A stretch of DNA of 64,000 nt. Source: an uncultured Gemmatimonadales bacterium (lineage in GTDB: Bacteria; Gemmatimonadota; Gemmatimonadetes; Longimicrobiales; RSA9). A program made the translations under genes and the position numbers. Under the pieces are notes generated by a model. It was not told the DNA's origin. It did not search any database and saw only the letters and a list, made by a program, of their open reading frames with translations. Every line of letters begins with the position of its first letter. Positions within the stretch are counted from its first letter, which is position 1. Where the stretch lies: contig CAVUKA010000001.1 of the NCBI GenBank assembly GCA_963741945.1, positions 608,001 to 672,000 of the forward strand, written 5' to 3'. This document shows, one piece after another, positions 39,462-52,025 of the stretch.

Positions 39462-41765
39462 CTACGCCTCGAGATCGCTCTCCGCGAAATGCTCACGCCG
39501 CTCGACGCTCAACACGCCCTTCACGCTGCGGATGGCGCGCACGACCTTCTTCAGGTGGGCGAGGTTCTCGACCTCGACGACGAACGACCCGTTCATGCCG
39601 CCCTCCACGCCGTGGATTTCGGCGCTGGAGATGTTGGTGGCCGTGTTGGTGACCGCGGTGGCGATGTCGCCCAGGAGGCCGCGGCGGTCGTCGCCCTCCA
39701 CGATCAGGCGGACGAAGAAGCGGTCGCCCGCCTCCGCTTTCCACTCGATCTCGACGCGCCGCTCGGGGTGCTCGGACAGGTTGAGGACGTTGGGGCAGTC
39801 CTTGCGGTGGATGCTGATGCCGCGCCCGCGCGTGATGTAGCCGATCACGTTGTCGCCGGGGACCGGCTGACAGCACTGGGAGTAGCGCACCATCAGGTTC
39901 TCCAGCCCCTGGATGCGGACGGCGTTGCTGGCGCCGCGCACGCGGTCCACCAGCCGCTCGAAGGCGTTCGGTGGCCGCTCCGGCGCGCTCACGTCGGTTT
40001 CCGGGAACAGCTCCTTCAGGATCGCGCTCAGCCCCACGTCGCCGCGTCCCAGCCCCGCCAGCACGTGATCGAACGTGGGGAGGCCGAGGGCGTCCGCGGT
40101 GCCTGTCCGCATGTCGTCGTCCGGCTTCCCCGTTCGCCGCTTCTTCAGCTCACGGTCCAGGATCTCGCGTCCCAGCTTGAGCGAGCTGTCGAACTCCTCC
40201 TGGCGGATCCACTGCCGGATCTTCTGTCTCGCCCGCGCCGTCTTGACGAAGCCCAGCCAGTCCCGCGACGGACGCTGCCGCTCGTCCGTCATGATTTCCA
40301 CGGTATCGCCGTTCTTCAGCTCCCGGCTGAGCGGCGTGATCCGCCCGTTGACCCGCGAGCCCGAGCAGCGCAGCCCCACTTCCGTGTGCACGGCGAAGGC
40401 GAAGTCGATGGGCGTGGCGCCCTTCGGCAGCTGCTTCACGTCGCCTTTCGGCGTGAACACGAAGATCTCGTCCTGGAACAGGTCGATGCGGAGGAACTCC
40501 ATGAATTCCTCCGGCTCCCGCGTGTCCTGCTGCCACTCCAGCACCTGGCGGAACCAGGTGAGGGTGTCGTCCACCTCGTCGCCTTCGGTGGGCGTAGCCC
40601 GCCCCTCCTTGTACTTCCAGTGCGCCGCGATCCCGTATTCCGCGGTGCGGTGCATCTCGGTGGTGCGGATCTGGATCTCGTACAGCCGACCGCCCGGTCC
40701 GAAGATCGTGGTGTGGAGCGACCGGTACATGTTCGACTTGGGGGTGGCGATGTAGTCGTGGAAGCGCTCCTGCAGCGGTGTCCACTGGTTGTGGATGATC
40801 CCCAGCGCGTGGTAGCAGTTCGCCACGCTGTCCGTGATCACCCGGATCGCCATGAGGTCGTAGATCTCCTCGTACGGCCGGTCCCGGTGCTCCATCTTCC
40901 GGTGGATCGACCAGAGGTGCTTCGGACGGCCGTACACCTCGCACGGGATCCCCGCCTTGCGCAGCTCGTCCTCCAGCGGGCGACGCAGCCCCTCCACCCA
41001 CTGCTCGCGCTCCGCCCGCCGGTCCTTCACCCTCTTCACCAGGTCACGGTACGCGTCCGTCTCCAGGTGCTTGAACGACAGGTCTTCCAGCTCCCACTTG
41101 ATCTGCGCCATTCCCAGCCGATGGGCCAGCGGGGCGTAGATCTCCCGCGTCTCCAGCGCGATGCGGTGCCGCTTGTCCGGCCGCAGGTGGTCCAGCGTGC
41201 GCATGTTGTGCAGCCGGTCCACCAGCTTGATCAGGATCACCCGCGCGTCGCTCGCCATGCTGAGCAGCAGCTTGCGGTAGTTCTCCACCTGCTGCTCCGT
41301 CGACGACCGGAACTCCACTTTCCCGATCTTCGTCACCCCGTCCACCACGCGCGCGATCTCGTCGCCGAACTGCTCGCGCACGTCGTCCAGCGTGCGCGGC
41401 GTGTCCTCCACCGTGTCGTGGATCAGCCCCGCCACCACCGACACGGTGTCCAGGTGCAGCTCCGCCAGGAGGCGCGCCACCTCCGTGGTGTGGACGATGA
41501 ACGACTCCCCGCTCGCCCGCTTCTGGCCCCGGTGCGCGTCCTCCGCGAACGCGTACGCCGCCGCCACCATCGGGATGTCCAGCCGGTCGCGGAACGGCTC
41601 CACGGCGTCGCGCAGCCGCTGCGGAAGCCGCTCCAGCGCCTCCGCGATCCGGGCCGCACGGTCGCGACCATCCGCGGACGCGGCTCCGCCCCGCCCGTCG
41701 CCCGCGTCGCCACCCTCTCCACTCCCGGGCGTGCGTCGGCTCTCCGCTGCTGCCGTGGGGTTCAT
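39462..41765 (-). CDS. spoT: Bifunctional (p)ppGpp synthetase/hydrolase
   Basis: HD domain (HDTVED, DRLHNMRTL), synthetase (GRPKH..SI, YRSLHT, EIQIRT), TGS (VFTPKG) and ACT domains. Confidence 0.96.
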   Translation of the reverse strand: MNPTAAAESRRTPGSGEGGDAGDGRGGAASADGRDRAARIAEALERLPQRLRDAVEPFRDRLDIPMVAAAYAFAEDAHRGQKRASGESFIVHTTEVARLLAELHLDTVSVVAGLIHDTVEDTPRTLDDVREQFGDEIARVVDGVTKIGKVEFRSSTEQQVENYRKLLLSMASDARVILIKLVDRLHNMRTLDHLRPDKRHRIALETREIYAPLAHRLGMAQIKWELEDLSFKHLETDAYRDLVKRVKDRRAEREQWVEGLRRPLEDELRKAGIPCEVYGRPKHLWSIHRKMEHRDRPYEEIYDLMAIRVITDSVANCYHALGIIHNQWTPLQERFHDYIATPKSNMYRSLHTTIFGPGGRLYEIQIRTTEMHRTAEYGIAAHWKYKEGRATPTEGDEVDDTLTWFRQVLEWQQDTREPEEFMEFLRIDLFQDEIFVFTPKGDVKQLPKGATPIDFAFAVHTEVGLRCSGSRVNGRITPLSRELKNGDTVEIMTDERQRPSRDWLGFVKTARARQKIRQWIRQEEFDSSLKLGREILDRELKKRRTGKPDDDMRTGTADALGLPTFDHVLAGLGRGDVGLSAILKELFPETDVSAPERPPNAFERLVDRVRGASNAVRIQGLENLMVRYSQCCQPVPGDNVIGYITRGRGISIHRKDCPNVLNLSEHPERRVEIEWKAEAGDRFFVRLIVEGDDRRGLLGDIATAVTNTATNISSAEIHGVEGGMNGSFVVEVENLAHLKKVVRAIRSVKGVLSVERREHFAESDLEA

Positions 41766-41971
41766 GGTCCTCCGGACTGGTGATGCTCCGGCTGCCGGCC
41801 ACGCCGGCGATGCTCCACTTCCTACACCGCACCCCGAAGCCGGTTCGCGGCACTGCTGAGAAGCTAGGCATGCACTACGCGGGCCGCCAGCGGCCGGGTG
41901 CGGGCGGGAGCATCGATCGCGCGTCGGCCGCTCGATCCCGATCGGGCCACGAACCCGTGCCTGTCCACGCC

Positions 41972-42667
41972 CTATCCGACGGCCCCCAGCAACCCCGCCT
42001 CCACGAACGACACGTACCGCCCGTCCCCGATCACCACGTGATCCAGGACCGGGATGCCGACCACCCGCCCCGCCTCTGCAAGCTGCGTCGTCACTTGCCG
42101 GTCCTCCGCTGAAGGCGCCGGGTCGCCCGACGGGTGGTTGTGCACCAGCAGCACCGCCGCCGCGCTCTCCGTGATCGCCTCGCGGAAGACTTCACGCGGG
42201 TGAACCACGGAGCCGTCCAGCACGCCGCGCGAAACGGTCACTTCCCGCACCACCGCGTGCTGCGTGTTCAGCAGCAGCACCCGGAACTCCTCGTGCGGCA
42301 GGTCGCGCATGGTGGGCGCGCACAGCTCGTACGCGTCCCGCGGCCCGCCGATCCGACCCCGCTCCGCCGGCCCCTCCTGCGCCAGACGACGCCCCAGCTC
42401 CAGCGCCGCCGCCACCCTCGCCCACACCGCTTCGCCCACCCCCGGTACCCGCTGCAGCGACGCCGGTGACAGCGACGCCAGGCGACGCAGAGAGCCGTCC
42501 GCCACATGCACCAGCTCCGCCGCCACGTCCACGGCCGTGCTGCCACCCCCCGCGCCACTCCCCACCAGGATCGCCAGCAGCTCGCGCACGGATAATGCAC
42601 CCGGCCCCGCCGACCGCAGCCGCTCCCGGGGTCGCTCCCGGGCCGGCCACTCGCGGATCACCGCCAC
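41972..42667 (-). CDS. radC: RadC (JAB domain) family protein
   Basis: RPRERL, ELLAIL, VHPREVF, HNHPSGDP.PS.ED and LDHVVIG motifs. Confidence 0.95.
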   Translation of the reverse strand: MAVIREWPARERPRERLRSAGPGALSVRELLAILVGSGAGGGSTAVDVAAELVHVADGSLRRLASLSPASLQRVPGVGEAVWARVAAALELGRRLAQEGPAERGRIGGPRDAYELCAPTMRDLPHEEFRVLLLNTQHAVVREVTVSRGVLDGSVVHPREVFREAITESAAAVLLVHNHPSGDPAPSAEDRQVTTQLAEAGRVVGIPVLDHVVIGDGRYVSFVEAGLLGAVG

Positions 42668-42679
42668 GGGGAGGCCCCC

Positions 42680-43171
42680 ATGAGCATCGCAGGCATCGCC
42701 GCCACCGCGCTGATGTTCCTCTGCATCTTCCTCATCCCCCTCGGCTGGCCCGGGCTGTGGCTCATGGTCGGGATCGTGGGCGTCGGCGGCGTGGTCGGCG
42801 CGGTTGGCTGGCCCGCGGCGCTCGTCGTTCTCGGCATCGCCGCCCTGGCCGAGCTCCTCGAGTTCTTCATCGTTCGCGCCATGAGCACCCGCTACGGCGG
42901 CTCACCCGCCGCGTTCTGGGGCGCCATCGTGGGCGGCACCGCCGGCGTCTTCATCGGCGTCCCCATCCCCGTCATCGGCCCCGTCATTGCCGGCGTCCTC
43001 GGCTCCTTCCTCGGCGCAGCCGCCGTCACCATCCACGAGTCCCGCGACATCGCCGCCGCCTCCCGCGTGGGCTGGGGCGTGGTCCTCGCACGCGGCCTCG
43101 CCGCCTTCGTCAAGATCGCCGCCGCCTTCGTCGTCCTGGTGGTGGGCGGAACCGCCTGGATCGTGAAGTAG
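42680..43171 (+). CDS. DUF456-like membrane protein
   Basis: PLGWPG, RYGGS..AFWGAIVGG and IPVIGP..GSFLGA pattern; GGAGG RBS. Confidence 0.75.
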   Translation: MSIAGIAATALMFLCIFLIPLGWPGLWLMVGIVGVGGVVGAVGWPAALVVLGIAALAELLEFFIVRAMSTRYGGSPAAFWGAIVGGTAGVFIGVPIPVIGPVIAGVLGSFLGAAAVTIHESRDIAAASRVGWGVVLARGLAAFVKIAAAFVVLVVGGTAWIVK

Positions 43172-43294
43172 CGACCCTGCCGCCCGCGGCGGGAGCGCCG
43201 CTCGCCGCACGCATCGTGACACCGGCGACGCGGCGCATCCATGGCGGAATCGGCCGTCTCCCGGCCGACGCCGCCGACCTGGAGGACCATCCGC

Positions 43295-43437
43295 GAAAAT
43301 CTCTCCACCTGGAGCGTACGTGAAAATCTCTCCACCTGGAGAGACCCGACACGCGCGTTGGAGTCCGTACGTGATTGCCGGCAAGGGACTTACGACGATC
43401 GCGACCAGCCGGGATCTCTCCAGGTGGAGAGACTTTC
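43295..43437. repeat. Cluster of three TCTCTCCACCTGGAG(AGA) palindromic repeats
   Basis: Direct copies at 43295 and 43322, inverted copy at 43415-43437. Confidence 0.85.
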
Positions 43438-43449
43438 TGCGACGACGCC

Positions 43450-44040
43450 CTACGCCCGGTACAGACCCTCGCGCTCGATGATGGCCTCCACGGCCTCCGG
43501 GACCAGGTAGCGGATCGGCTCGCCGGCGCGGACGCGACGGCGGATGTCGGTGGAGGAGATCTCCAGGGTGGGGACCGTCACGTGCGCCACGCGCCGGCCG
43601 GGCAGCTCCGGCACCGCCTGCCCCTCGCGGGCGAAGAGCGCGAGCGCGGCCAGCTCGGCGATGGCGTCGGGCTCGCGCCACGTGTCGAACTCGGCCGCCT
43701 GGTCGGCGCCCATGGCCAGGAACAGCTCGATCCCCGCGGCGGGTGGTGGGCCGCCGTACGCATCGTGCAGGGCGCGCAGCGTATCGACGCTGTACGAAGC
43801 GCCGCCGCGGCGCAGCTCGGCGTCGCTGACTTCGAAGCGCGGGTCGTCGCCCGCAGCCGCGCGCAGCATCTCCAGCCGCACGGCTCCGGCCGAAACTTCG
43901 CGGTCCCGCTTGTGCGGCGGCACCGCCGCGGGCACCAGCAGCAGCCGGTCCAGCTCCAGCTGCCAGTGGATCTCCTGCGCCGCCACGAGGTGCCCCAGGT
44001 GCGGCGGGTCGAACGTGCCGCCGAACACGCCGATCCTCAT
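43450..44040 (-). CDS. nadD: Nicotinate-nucleotide adenylyltransferase
   Basis: GVFGGTFDPPHLGH, PPHK, SYSVDTL, GAD and ISSTDIR motifs. Confidence 0.96.
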   Translation of the reverse strand: MRIGVFGGTFDPPHLGHLVAAQEIHWQLELDRLLLVPAAVPPHKRDREVSAGAVRLEMLRAAAGDDPRFEVSDAELRRGGASYSVDTLRALHDAYGGPPPAAGIELFLAMGADQAAEFDTWREPDAIAELAALALFAREGQAVPELPGRRVAHVTVPTLEISSTDIRRRVRAGEPIRYLVPEAVEAIIEREGLYRA

Positions 44041-44050
44041 TGCCGCGTCT

Positions 44051-47419
<3,369 letters not shown>

Positions 47420-47753
47420 CAATCCTCGTGTGTGCTCGCGCGTCCGCGCCTGCCTGTCCCGCCCATTCCGCCCACAATCGCTCTGGTACCCATGCCGATC
47501 GGGATCGGTCCGAACCTGTAAGCGTACTCCCGCCCCCCGCCCCCCGCCACCCCCGGCACCCGAGGAACGCGGAGCGGGCGAAGCACACGAATCCGCCACC
47601 ACGCCTACCGACGCTCGCTCCACCTGGAGAGAATTTCCGCGACGACACAGGCGCCCACCGTCCACCGCGCAACAGTACCCTGGCATATTCCGCCGGAATG
47701 CGTAATCATTCCGCCCGCTTCCCTTCAGTCAGCCGACAGTCGGAATAGACGAC

Positions 47754-48386
47754 GTGCTCCCAGTCCCGGCGGTGGTGCGCACGACCCTGATGGCCGCGGC
47801 CGTTCTCGGATGGCTCGCCTCCCCCTTCGCGGCGGCGGCTGCGCAGGCGCTCCCGGCCGCGCCCGCGCCGGCCCGCGCCACCCTCGTGGCCGCCGAGGCG
47901 GCGGCCGTCGACACGAGCTCGCTGGCGGCGCTGATCAACGCGTACCGCGCGCGGCACGGGCTGCCGCCGATCCCGGTGTCGCCATCGCTCACGGCCGTCG
48001 CGCTGGCGCACGTGGGAGACCTGGAGCAGAACGGCGCGGACCATGGCTCGTGCAACCTGCACAGCTGGTCCGACCGCGGCCGCTGGACCGCCGCCTGCTA
48101 TACCGACGACGGCAGCCGTGCGCCGGCCATGTGGGACAAGCCCGCGCAGATCACCGGCGGCGTGTACACGGGCAACGGCTACGAGATCGCCGCGTGGCGG
48201 CTCCCCGGCATCAGCGCCTCCCGCGCCTTCGAGCTCTGGATGTCGAACCGCGCGCACCGGGCCGTGATCCTGAGCCGCGGCCCGTGGTCGCACGCCCGCT
48301 GGCGCGCCCTCGGCGTCGCCGTCTCAGACCACTACGCCGTCGCCTGGTTCGGCACCATCCCCGACCCCGCCCTCGCCGAGCAGTAG
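47754..48386 (+). CDS. Secreted CAP (SCP-like) domain protein
   Basis: Signal peptide, LINAYRARHGLPP..SPSLT.VA..H, GYEIA and W..S..HRAVIL motifs; start uncertain. Confidence 0.85.
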   Translation: MLPVPAVVRTTLMAAAVLGWLASPFAAAAAQALPAAPAPARATLVAAEAAAVDTSSLAALINAYRARHGLPPIPVSPSLTAVALAHVGDLEQNGADHGSCNLHSWSDRGRWTAACYTDDGSRAPAMWDKPAQITGGVYTGNGYEIAAWRLPGISASRAFELWMSNRAHRAVILSRGPWSHARWRALGVAVSDHYAVAWFGTIPDPALAEQ

Positions 48387-48611
48387 CCCCGCCACCCCTC
48401 CGCTCCGCCGCGGCGCGCGCCCGTGGCTGGACCCCCGGAGCCGTGGATCGCCCAAGAGATGACACGGCACGACCGGTTTGGTCGTTCGCCGGCACATGGA
48501 GCCGTCCAGCCTCCAGTGAAATCGCGCCGCGCAGATCGAAGTGCGTTCAACGGCATATACCGCCGTCGATCGTACAAACGCCCCGCCCGGCGGCAACGAA
48601 TGGACGATCGA

Positions 48612-48642
<31 letters not shown>

Positions 48643-49141
48643 CTTAGCCGGTATCCCGGCTCCCCGTCGTTTCGCCTGGCCATGACTGATCGCCGCGCTT
48701 CCAACCGCATTGGTCCGTGGGTGGCCCCTGGATCAGGGGCTGCTTCCATGCTCCCTCGACCGCGCCCTGGACGGACGCGTCGGCGCCGCGCGACTGGGGT
48801 TCGAGGGTCGCGCGCGCACCGGAAGGGATGTGTCGGGCTCCCCCGCAGGGGGCCCTGTGCCGGAATGCCAAGAAGGTAGGCCGGAATCCACCGAACGTCC
48901 AGGCGAACGATTCAGATGTTCCCGCCGCGGGGCGCGGGACGGCGCTCGCGCTGGTCCGCGCAAACACATGCGCGCGTGGCACTTGGGACGGCTCTTATCC
49001 GCGGATAACGGCGCCGTCAGCGGGCGCCGCCATCCTCTCTCCTGCCGGGGGCGGTCGACGGGCCGCGATGCCCCGGCGAGGCCGGCCGTGATGACGCGGC
49101 GCGGTCCATCAGCAGCAACATCTTCTAGGAGAGCGACAACG

Positions 49142-49780
49142 ATGTACCGAGCTTCACTTTCCCTTCTGGCCGCGACAGCGCTCCTGAGCGCGTGCGGGAG
49201 CCTCCCCGGGCACCGGGACCGGTCAGGAGCGCTCCGAGAACAACATGGCGTGGGCATCGCCCAGCTCGCCATCCAGAAGCTGCTGGAGGCCGGCCAGTTC
49301 CGGATCCTGGAGCGGTCGCAGCTCGACGAGGTTCTCCAGGAGCAGAACCTGGCGTCGTCGGAGCGGGCGGACGCCGGGCAGTCGGAGCTCGTGAAGCAGG
49401 CCAAGCTCCTGGGCGCGCAGTACATGCTCACCGGCGCCATCACGAAGCTCGGCTTCGAGGAGAACACCAAGGGCCTCGCCCTCGGCGGCCTCGGCATCCC
49501 GGGCGTGGGCGGCATCGGCAAGAAGAGCCAGAAGACCCACGTCGTCATCACCGGTCGTCTCGTCGACACGTCCACGGGCGAGATCGTGGCCAGTGTGACG
49601 GGCGAGGGGCTTTCGACGAAGGGCGGCGGCTTCGCCCTCGCCGGCGCGGGGCTCGCGGGCGGCGTCGCCCTCGGCAGCGGCACGAGCAACGTCAAGGAGA
49701 CCGCCATCGGCGAGGCCACCGACGCCGCCGTCAATCACATGGTCGCCCAGCTCGCCGAGCGCTGGCAGGCCGGGATGTAG
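49142..49780 (+). CDS. CsgG/HfaB-like lipoprotein, possibly internally deleted
   Basis: LLSAC lipobox, FRILERSQLDEVLQEQNL, LLGAQYMLTGAIT and RLVDTSTGEIVAS..GEG motifs; AGGAGAG RBS. Confidence 0.8.
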   Translation: MYRASLSLLAATALLSACGSLPGHRDRSGALREQHGVGIAQLAIQKLLEAGQFRILERSQLDEVLQEQNLASSERADAGQSELVKQAKLLGAQYMLTGAITKLGFEENTKGLALGGLGIPGVGGIGKKSQKTHVVITGRLVDTSTGEIVASVTGEGLSTKGGGFALAGAGLAGGVALGSGTSNVKETAIGEATDAAVNHMVAQLAERWQAGM

Positions 49781-50058
49781 CATCGGACCCGCCGCGGAGG
49801 CCTCGTCCCGGCCCCGCCGGGAGTCTCCGCCCCTTCGTCTCACCCCATCGACCCACCCGGGGAGGGGCTCGCCCCCTCCCCCACCCCCCTCCCCCCTCGT
49901 GTCCGTGGCTCCGACTCGTCTCCGGCGCCGGCCGTTCGTACGCGCTCTCCGCCTCCTGATCCCCATTGACACCGGCTCAGGCGCCGCCATACCGTTCTTC
50001 CACCTCCCGGCGTCCCCGATCACGACTACCGGCACTTCCTTTCAACGGAGGGGCGCGC

Positions 50059-51526
50059 ATGCGACGTGCAATTGCGTGTGTCTTCACGGCCGCGGCCCTG
50101 GCCGCGTGCACCGACGGGGATCCCGTCGCCATTTCCCCCGCTTCCCCCGCCTCGCCCGACGTCTCTGTCGTGCCGGCCGAGCAGGGTCAGACCGTTCCGG
50201 ACCAGTACATCGTGGTCTTCCGCCCTGGCACGGCCAATCCCGCCGGCGTGGCCCGCGGGCTCGTGAACGCCGCGGGCGGCCGCATGCTCTTCACCTACTC
50301 CAGCGCCCTCCAGGGCTTCGCGGCGAAGCTGCCCGCGCAAGCGCTGGACGGCATCCGCCGCAACCCGAACGTCGAGCTCATCGAGCCCGACCAGGTGGTC
50401 ACCGCCGACGCCTCCGGCACGCAGACCCCCACACCCAGCTGGGGCCTCGACCGCATCGATCAGCGCGACCTGCCGCTGGACGGCTCCTACACCTACGAGA
50501 CCGACGGCGCCGGCGTCACCGCCTACGTCATCGACACCGGCATCCTGCTGGCGCACAACGACTTCACCGGCCGCGTGACCAGCGGCTGGGACTTCGTCGA
50601 CAACGACGCCGTGGCCACAGACTGCGCCGGCCACGGCACCCACGTGGCCGGGACCATCGGCGGGACGACGTACGGTGTGGCGAAGAAGGTGCAGCTCGTG
50701 GCTGTCCGCGTCCTCGACTGCAGCGGCAGCGGCACCACGTCGGGCGTGATCGCCGGCGTCGACTGGGTCACAGCGCACCATGCCACGCCCGCCGTCGCCA
50801 ACATGTCGCTGGGCGGCGGCCTGAGCGTCAGCCTGAACAACGCCGTCCAGAGCTCGATCGCGAAGGGCGTGGCCTACGCCGTGGCCGCGGGCAACAGCAA
50901 CCGCGACGCCTGCCGCTTCTCGCCCGCGTCCGCGCCCAGACGCCATGACCGTCGGGGCGACCACGTCCAGCGACGCCCGCGCGTCGTACTCGAACTACGG
51001 CGCCTGCGTGGACTTCTTCGCCCCCGGCTCCTCCATCACCTCGGACTACTTCACGAGCACCACGGCCGCGGCCACCATGAGCGGGACCTCCATGGCCTCG
51101 CCCCACGTGGCCGGGATCGCCGCCCTCTACCTGGACGCCAACCCGGACGCCTCGCCCGCCCAGGTCCGCGACGCCATCTTCGACGCCGCCACCAAGGGCA
51201 TCGTCACGAACGCCCGGTCCACCTACAACCACCTGGTCTTCAGCCGCTTCGCCACGGCCCCGCCGCCGCCGCCTCCGCCGACGGCCGACATCACGCTGGA
51301 CGTGGCCGGCCGTACGGTCCGCGACCGCTTCTACGCCGACCTCTCCTGGTCCGGCGCCACCGGCTCCAGCGTCGACGTCTACCGCGACGGCTCGCTCCGC
51401 ACGACCACCAAGAACGACGGTGCGTACACCGACAACATCGGCAAGACCGGCGGCAGCTACGCCTACAAGGTCTGCGAGGTTGGCAGCACCACCGTCTGCT
51501 CGGCCCAAAAGACCGTGACCTTCTGA
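50059..51526 (+). pseudogene. S8 subtilase (aqualysin/proteinase K-like) with I9 propeptide, split by a +1 frameshift near 50938
   Basis: Asp (YVIDTG) and His (GHGTHVAG) are in one frame and Ser (SGTSMASPHVAG) is in the next; total length 3n+1; may be a sequencing error. Confidence 0.85.
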
Positions 51527-51534
51527 CGCCTCCC

Positions 51535-51568
51535 CTCACCGGCCCGGCTGCCCACCCGGGCCGGTGAG
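51535..51568 (+). terminator. 13-bp stem-loop after the S8 protease gene
   Basis: CTCACCGGCCCGG-N8-CCGGGCCGGTGAG. Confidence 0.6.
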
Positions 51569-51590
51569 CCTCCCCGCCCGCCTCCAACTC

Positions 51591-51630
51591 CGTGACACGA
51601 AGGGCTCGAAGGGTCGAAGACCTCGAAGAA
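51591..51630. repeat. Third (inverted, partial) copy of the CTTCG-periodic element
   Basis: Reverse complement reads TTCTTCGAGGTCTTCGACCCTTCGAGCCCTTCGTGTCACG. Confidence 0.7.
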
Positions 51631-51734
51631 CGACAATGGAGCGTGGCACGTCGGCCGTGGCGCTTGCCCTCGCGCCCGACGTGGACGCCGACCCGACCCG
51701 GCCGCCCCTCCGCCCCTCATATCAATCGCCAAGG

Positions 51735-51930
51735 GTGGCTGAATCCATCGCCGACACGTTTCGGCGCAGAGGTCTCACCCAGGAACATGGTGTCCGGACA
51801 TGGGCGTGGATCAAGGAACGGTGTCGAAGCTCGTGAGCGGCCGCCTGGACGGCTTCTCGCAGGAGCGCCTCGTCCGCTATCTGAACGGGTTGGGCGACGG
51901 CGTGGAGATTCTCCCCGCCCCCGAACACAC
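51735..51930 (+). pseudogene. Degenerate XRE-family HTH (HigA-type antitoxin-like) remnant
   Basis: IADTFRRRGLTQ in one frame joins MGVDQGTVSKLVSGRLDGFSQERLVRYLNGLG..VEI in another; boundaries approximate. Confidence 0.7.
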
Positions 51931-52025
51931 CCGCACAAGAAAAGCCCGGCCGCCATCCTCCGCGCCCGGGCCTCTCCCGCGTCACCTGCTCGCTTTCCCG
52001 CCCTACACGATCCTGTCCCTTCCCG

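Noticed and set aside
41972-42667. radC as a marker of a mobile element
   Set aside because: It is the full-length chromosomal form with the N-terminal domain, among housekeeping genes.
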